The position numbers and the translations under genes were made by a program. Below, piece by piece: positions 59,669 to 64,000 of a stretch of 64,000 bases of DNA. Under the pieces are notes generated by a model. It made no database searches. It was not told the origin of the DNA and worked only from the letters and a program-made list of their open reading frames with translations. Origin of the DNA: an uncultured archaeon (GTDB lineage: Archaea > Asgardarchaeota > Thorarchaeia > Thorarchaeales > Thorarchaeaceae); the NCBI GenBank assembly GCA_964631415.1, contig CAZVZC010000002.1:61952-125951 (forward strand), in the 5' to 3' direction. Position 1 is the first letter of the stretch. Each line of letters opens with the position of its first letter.

Positions 59669-60595
59669 ATGACATGTATGTTGGATTTGTTGATGCACCC
59701 GGTTGTTTCAGGACTGCTCATAATGAGCTTCATCGGGGCACTCAGCTACAAGTTGCATTTCGTTGACATCTCGGGACTGATCAGTGCTTTTGCCGTGGGG
59801 TTCATAGTGTGGTATTGCGGAGGACCCGCAGCCTTTACGATTCTGCTCTTCTTCTTCATGAGTTCCGGAATAGCTACCAAGTTTAAGTACAAGGCAAAAG
59901 CCAAGAACGGAGTGGCGCAAGAGGGGAAGGGAAAGAGATCTTGGAGAAACGTCACCGCCAGCGGGATTGTACCCACTCTGTTTTCTGTCGGCATGTACCT
60001 TGCTCCGCGCCTGAGTTCCAATCCAGACCTTGCATTCTACATGTTTGTCGGGCTTGTTGGTTCGGTGGCCACTACAACGTCAGACAACTTGGCGAGTGAG
60101 ATTGGAGTCTTCAGCAAGAGAAAACCCCGGCTGATAACCAATCTCAGGAGGAAGGTGCCCCGCGGTACGATTGGTGCTGTTTCCCTTCTAGGTGAGGGAG
60201 TTGCGCTGGCTGCAGGCTTCGGCATCGGCATTCTCGTTGTCATCTTTGGTATCTTTGCACCCTCGACGGTGCCGATAACCACCGTCGACCAGCTCACAAT
60301 CATACTTCCCCTTGCAGTCTTGACAGGATTCATTGGGTGCAACATCGACAGTGTACTCGGCGCCACCCTACAAAACAAGTTCGTGTGTGAGATATGCGGT
60401 GCAGTCACAGACAAGGAGTTCCACTGCAACTACGAAACCAAGTATCTTGGCGGCTATAGATGGTTCTCGAACATGCATGTCAATCTGGGTTCATCAGGGC
60501 TTGGGGCGACTCTTGCAATCGTACTCGGCGGCGGTCTCTTCGTGTGGATACTTGGCGGGATCTTCTTCTGGATACTTGCTTCATCAACTAGCTAG
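59669..60595 (+). CDS. DUF92 / TMEM19-family integral membrane protein with an inserted Cys4 zinc-ribbon-like segment
   Basis: Polytopic. Motifs RSWRNVTASG and GTIGAVSLLGEG resemble DUF92. The insert reads CEICGAVTDKEFHC. Confidence 0.5.
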   Translation: MTCMLDLLMHPVVSGLLIMSFIGALSYKLHFVDISGLISAFAVGFIVWYCGGPAAFTILLFFFMSSGIATKFKYKAKAKNGVAQEGKGKRSWRNVTASGIVPTLFSVGMYLAPRLSSNPDLAFYMFVGLVGSVATTTSDNLASEIGVFSKRKPRLITNLRRKVPRGTIGAVSLLGEGVALAAGFGIGILVVIFGIFAPSTVPITTVDQLTIILPLAVLTGFIGCNIDSVLGATLQNKFVCEICGAVTDKEFHCNYETKYLGGYRWFSNMHVNLGSSGLGATLAIVLGGGLFVWILGGIFFWILASSTS

Positions 60596-60732
60596 TGGGC
60601 GGGAGAGCCCCATAGGGTTGCACATCTCACTTTATCGAATGGATACTCTCAAATATGAAACGCCTTGAACGCCTGCATCAGCAATAGGCCGGGCTGCACC
60701 TGACGCCTCCACGAGCCAAGCATGGTGATTCT

Positions 60733-61539
60733 ATGGCACATAGTTCTCGCGGTCTGACTTACCAGTGGGCCCTGACCGGCGTGTTCGCTGCTCTGCACTT
60801 CGTGGTTTCAATGCTGCCAGCCGCAAGCGCGGTTGGGGGCACTATCACTTGGGGCTGGGTCTCCGCACCGCTCATCGGTTTCTTGCTAGGACCCTTCTGG
60901 GGCATTATATCAGTGGGAATCGGATCTACTTTGGCTATGTTCGCTTTCCCTGGGATGGCCCTGATGTCCGTCCTCACTCCTCTTGCTCCGATGGCTGGAG
61001 CGTTCACAGCAGGAACAATAAAGATGAGAAGACCACTTCGGGTCTATCTTCTGTTCGTTGGCGCGATTGTTATGTTCCTGATAGGGCCGATTGGGACCCT
61101 TGCCTCTGGGTTTCTCTGGCTTCACGTGGTTACCTTGTTCCTCTCATTGGCCTTCGTTTTGCCAAGAGTGTCGCCGAAACTGAACAATGGGCTCTCCTTC
61201 TCGCATGAAACAAGCACTGCGGCAACAACTCTTGCTGTGTGGCTCATGGGCTTCACTGCAGTCATGGCAGACCACTTGGTTGGATCTACGCTCTTCGTGT
61301 ACTACATGTTCTACATCGGCTCATATAGCAGCATCGTACTTGCAGGATGGTTTTTGCCTATCACTTTCATCTACCCCATCGAACGAGCTATCGCATCAGT
61401 AGTCTTCGCTGTACTGGGACTGGTAATTGGCAAGTCCGTTGCCGGTGCTCATTTTGAACTCCCTGCTTGGCCGGCGCACACGACAGATTCTGAAACCACC
61501 ACATCAGACAGTTATTCACTGGCAGGTGAGCACACGTAG
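60733..61539 (+). CDS. Hypothetical polytopic membrane protein (possible ECF-type S-component-like transporter subunit)
   Basis: Six to seven hydrophobic helices. No diagnostic motif. Confidence 0.4.
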   Translation: MAHSSRGLTYQWALTGVFAALHFVVSMLPAASAVGGTITWGWVSAPLIGFLLGPFWGIISVGIGSTLAMFAFPGMALMSVLTPLAPMAGAFTAGTIKMRRPLRVYLLFVGAIVMFLIGPIGTLASGFLWLHVVTLFLSLAFVLPRVSPKLNNGLSFSHETSTAATTLAVWLMGFTAVMADHLVGSTLFVYYMFYIGSYSSIVLAGWFLPITFIYPIERAIASVVFAVLGLVIGKSVAGAHFELPAWPAHTTDSETTTSDSYSLAGEHT

Positions 61540-61693
61540 GCCTTAGGCACAGATGGGGATGAAATGCAACTTCGAAACGAAGCTTCATATGCATTTGATT
61601 CGAACTGAGCTTGGAACTGGGGTTTCAGGCCGGTTCAGAAGCTGAACCACACCCCGTGTGTGGAGAAAGGAGAAGTTCAGATTGCAGCTGGAG

Positions 61694-62515
61694 ATGTTAT
61701 TTACATTCACCATTATTGCATTAGCATTCTTTGTGCTGATGTTTGTTGTTTCAGGGATCAAGGTTCTCAAGGAATGGGAACGGGTCGCGGTGCTGAGACT
61801 GGGCAAGTTCAAGCACATTAAGGGGCCCGGTGTCATTTTCATCGTCCCAATCCTCGACCGGATTGCCATGAAGGTTTCTCTGAGGCTACAGACATATGCC
61901 TTCAAGACAGAGAGATCGCTGACAAAGGATAACGTCCCCGTTGTTGTTGACGCTGTCATGTACTCAAGAGTCGTTGATGTAGAGAAGGCGATTCTCAGCG
62001 TGGAAAGATACACTATCACGGTGGAACTCGCCGCACAGACGACTCTGCGGGAAACAGTTGGTAAGGTAACACTGGATGAGGTGCTCTCGGAGAGAGACAA
62101 AATCGCCGCCCACCTGCAGGAACTCATCGATGAGAAGACTGAGCAATGGGGCATTAAGGTGACGGCAGTTGAGATACGGGATGTGGTCATTCCAACCCAG
62201 CTTCAGGACGCAATGAGCAGAGAGGCACAGGCAGAAAGGGAGAGAAGGGCAAGAGTAACACTGGCTCAGGCAGAGCTTGAAGCCTCGGAGGCTATGCTTA
62301 AGGCAGCAAAGACCTACGAGGAGTCGAGTGTGGCCTTCGCTTTGCGTATCTGGAACGTCATTCAGCAGATCAGCACGAACGCTAGTCTGATTCTGATGGT
62401 ACCCACAAGCATTCCTGAGGTTGGCTTGAGTGCTGCTACTGCAGCGGCCTTCAGTGTTGGCACTGGTGGCTTCAGGCTACCGCAGAAGAAGAAAGCCGTG
62501 GAGGAGCAGAGCTAG
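61694..62515 (+). CDS. Stomatin/prohibitin (SPFH, band-7) family protein
   Basis: An N-terminal TM, then the SPFH core (VLKEWERVAVLRLGKF...GPGVIFIVPILD...) and a C-terminal coiled coil (REAQAERERRARVTLAQAELEASEAM). The listed ORF starts at GTG 61658; ATG 61694 is preferred. Confidence 0.8.
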   Translation: MLFTFTIIALAFFVLMFVVSGIKVLKEWERVAVLRLGKFKHIKGPGVIFIVPILDRIAMKVSLRLQTYAFKTERSLTKDNVPVVVDAVMYSRVVDVEKAILSVERYTITVELAAQTTLRETVGKVTLDEVLSERDKIAAHLQELIDEKTEQWGIKVTAVEIRDVVIPTQLQDAMSREAQAERERRARVTLAQAELEASEAMLKAAKTYEESSVAFALRIWNVIQQISTNASLILMVPTSIPEVGLSAATAAAFSVGTGGFRLPQKKKAVEEQS

Positions 62516-62549
62516 GTTCGGACACCTATGAAGAGGGGGCTCTAAGAAA

Positions 62550-63248
62550 ATGGACGCGTGGATCAAGATCGTTGTCGTCTTGATGTTGATCTCGGCTATG
62601 AGCATGGTCCTTGGGTATCTGATATTCGATCCGTTCGTTGGTCTGATACTCCTGGGAGTCATCCTCACGCTCATGATCATGACACTCGACCCGGCTACTG
62701 GTAAAGCGATGTCTCAGGTGATAATCCCGATAGTTATCATTCTGTTCGTCTTTCAGGTTTTCCTCTATCCCGGGGATATCGCATGGTGGATGCCGTTCGT
62801 TGTTGGAGCGGTGCTCTACATGCTCTTCATACTCTTCACTGGTGGCGGTGGAAGCCTCGAAGGAGGATTGATTGATGCAGGGGTTTCAATCAAGCTGTTC
62901 CCACTGTACGGGCTTGCAGTTTTCCTATCGGCCCTAGCGGACCCGACCAGGAAGACCACGGTCTACATCATGGTTGGGACTGTTAGCTGCTTGATGATTC
63001 TCTACATGGCGTTCCTGCGCAACTATGACAAGTGGCCATTGCACTCGTATGAGAAGCAATCCGGAGTCATCGCCCTGAGTGACATCAACCCGAGAGGCAA
63101 GGTCAAGGCAGGTGCAGAGATCTGGTGGGCAAAGACGACAGGACCACCCATCAGGGAAGGCGAAAGAGTCATTGTGCAAGGGGTGACAGGACTCACGATG
63201 ATCGTTACTAAGGAAGGGCTTGATGCCGTGCCTGGGAGCGAGCAGTAG
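62550..63248 (+). CDS. NfeD-family membrane protein (stomatin operon partner)
   Basis: N-terminal TM bundle and a C-terminal OB-fold-like segment (KVKAGAEIWWAKTTGPPIREGERVIVQGVTGLTMIV). It lies directly downstream of the stomatin gene. Confidence 0.65.
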   Translation: MDAWIKIVVVLMLISAMSMVLGYLIFDPFVGLILLGVILTLMIMTLDPATGKAMSQVIIPIVIILFVFQVFLYPGDIAWWMPFVVGAVLYMLFILFTGGGGSLEGGLIDAGVSIKLFPLYGLAVFLSALADPTRKTTVYIMVGTVSCLMILYMAFLRNYDKWPLHSYEKQSGVIALSDINPRGKVKAGAEIWWAKTTGPPIREGERVIVQGVTGLTMIVTKEGLDAVPGSEQ

Positions 63249-63990
63249 TCCGTCCGGGTCGGCCTAGTGCCGACTCACCCCCATTCTTCTTTTTCATCAC
63301 TACCATGATGAGCAACAGCATCACGATTAGGCCAAGGGCAAACCCAGGTAACGTTGTGATTCCCCACTCTATCTGAAACAGCTCGGGGGCCGTCACGGGT
63401 TCACTTGGGTATAATGGAAAGAGAATGTAAGCCATCATGTTCCACGAGAAATGGAACCCTACCGGTGCCCAAAGGCGATGTCCCGAGAAGTGGTAGCCCA
63501 GCCCTAACACTACGCCACCCACAAACAGATTCAGGCTGAAGAGGGTCACCAAGTGATACGGCACTGATCCTAGCGGAGACCACCAACCGAAGTGAACAAT
63601 GGAAAACACAATCGAGCTGACGATTAATCCTCCGGGAAGACCCCATAAGCGGGTCATCCTTGACACCATGTAGCCACGATAGCTCAGCTCTTCAAACAGA
63701 GCCACTGGCGCAGTGATAATGGCTTCCGATAGCACAAGGTCAGCAGTGATCTCTGATAGTGGACGGAGCTGACCTCCTAGATTGGCAGCTAGCAACACGA
63801 CGAGCCCCGCAGCCAGTAGTCCAGCGAACGCACCGACTGCCGTGAGCGGGACTGCGTTTGAGTCCATGGTAAGACCTAACTCAGTGATTGAGTAGCGCCC
63901 TTCCCATCTTAGGAACACCTTCAGCACGAAGTACATCAAGCCAAAGGTCAGGAAGAAAAGCAGCGTCGCAGCCAGCTCTTGGAGCTGCAC
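63208..63990 (-). CDS. CPBP-family (CAAX protease/Abi) intramembrane metalloprotease
   Basis: Motifs FEELSYRGY (EExxxR), FSIVHFGW and FHFSWN. Convergent with a 41-nt overlap with the NfeD gene. Confidence 0.7.
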   Translation of the reverse strand: MQLQELAATLLFFLTFGLMYFVLKVFLRWEGRYSITELGLTMDSNAVPLTAVGAFAGLLAAGLVVLLAANLGGQLRPLSEITADLVLSEAIITAPVALFEELSYRGYMVSRMTRLWGLPGGLIVSSIVFSIVHFGWWSPLGSVPYHLVTLFSLNLFVGGVVLGLGYHFSGHRLWAPVGFHFSWNMMAYILFPLYPSEPVTAPELFQIEWGITTLPGFALGLIVMLLLIMVVMKKKNGGESALGRPGRTTARSQARHQALP

Positions 63991-64000
63991 GCTCCAGCTC

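Noticed and set aside
1-64000. Search for CRISPR arrays, transposases or integrases, rRNA, or defence-system signatures (RM, TA, Cas, Argonaute)
   Set aside because: No short direct-repeat arrays, no transposase/integrase-like ORFs, no rRNA-like conserved stretches, and no nuclease or methyltransferase motifs were seen. The only large repeats are the paralogous ABC transporter genes.

Overview
The window reads as an archaeal chromosomal segment of about 55% GC. Support for an archaeal origin: Shine-Dalgarno-like RBSs, substrate-binding proteins with C-terminal membrane anchors, an archaeal-type bifunctional PGI/PMI, a DUF1931 histone-fold ORF, and presenilin, Snf7 and DUF92 homologs. It most resembles a protein-degrading euryarchaeon such as a Thermoplasmatota lineage. 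About 55 genes are packed tightly with no rRNA, CRISPR array or transposase. The dominant theme is peptide and amino-acid catabolism. This includes a branched-chain aminotransferase–polyferredoxin–aldehyde:ferredoxin oxidoreductase operon (9.9-13.5 kb) and three Glu/Leu/Phe/Val dehydrogenase paralogs around a tandem Lrp-like regulator (14.2-20.1 kb). It also includes a duplicated Opp/Dpp-type peptide ABC importer (41.3-54.7 kb) with a presenilin-like intramembrane protease embedded in it. The remaining genes are housekeeping or membrane functions: a P2-type Ca-ATPase, PRPP synthetase-like, PNP/UDP phosphorylase, SurE, IMPase-family, ThrC, UDP-GlcNAc 2-epimerase, HAD phosphatases and a stomatin–NfeD–CPBP module. 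The features that most merit follow-up are a pair of RBS-coupled large uncharacterised coiled-coil proteins at the window start (1-4334) and a Snf7/ESCRT-III-like gene. Also notable are a translationally coupled ChlI-like AAA+ ATPase plus membrane-anchored vWA protein, and an 1147-aa GCS2 ligase fused to ~750 aa of beta-rich repeats in a three-gene operon. A 56-aa histone-fold ORF is absent from the ORF track.
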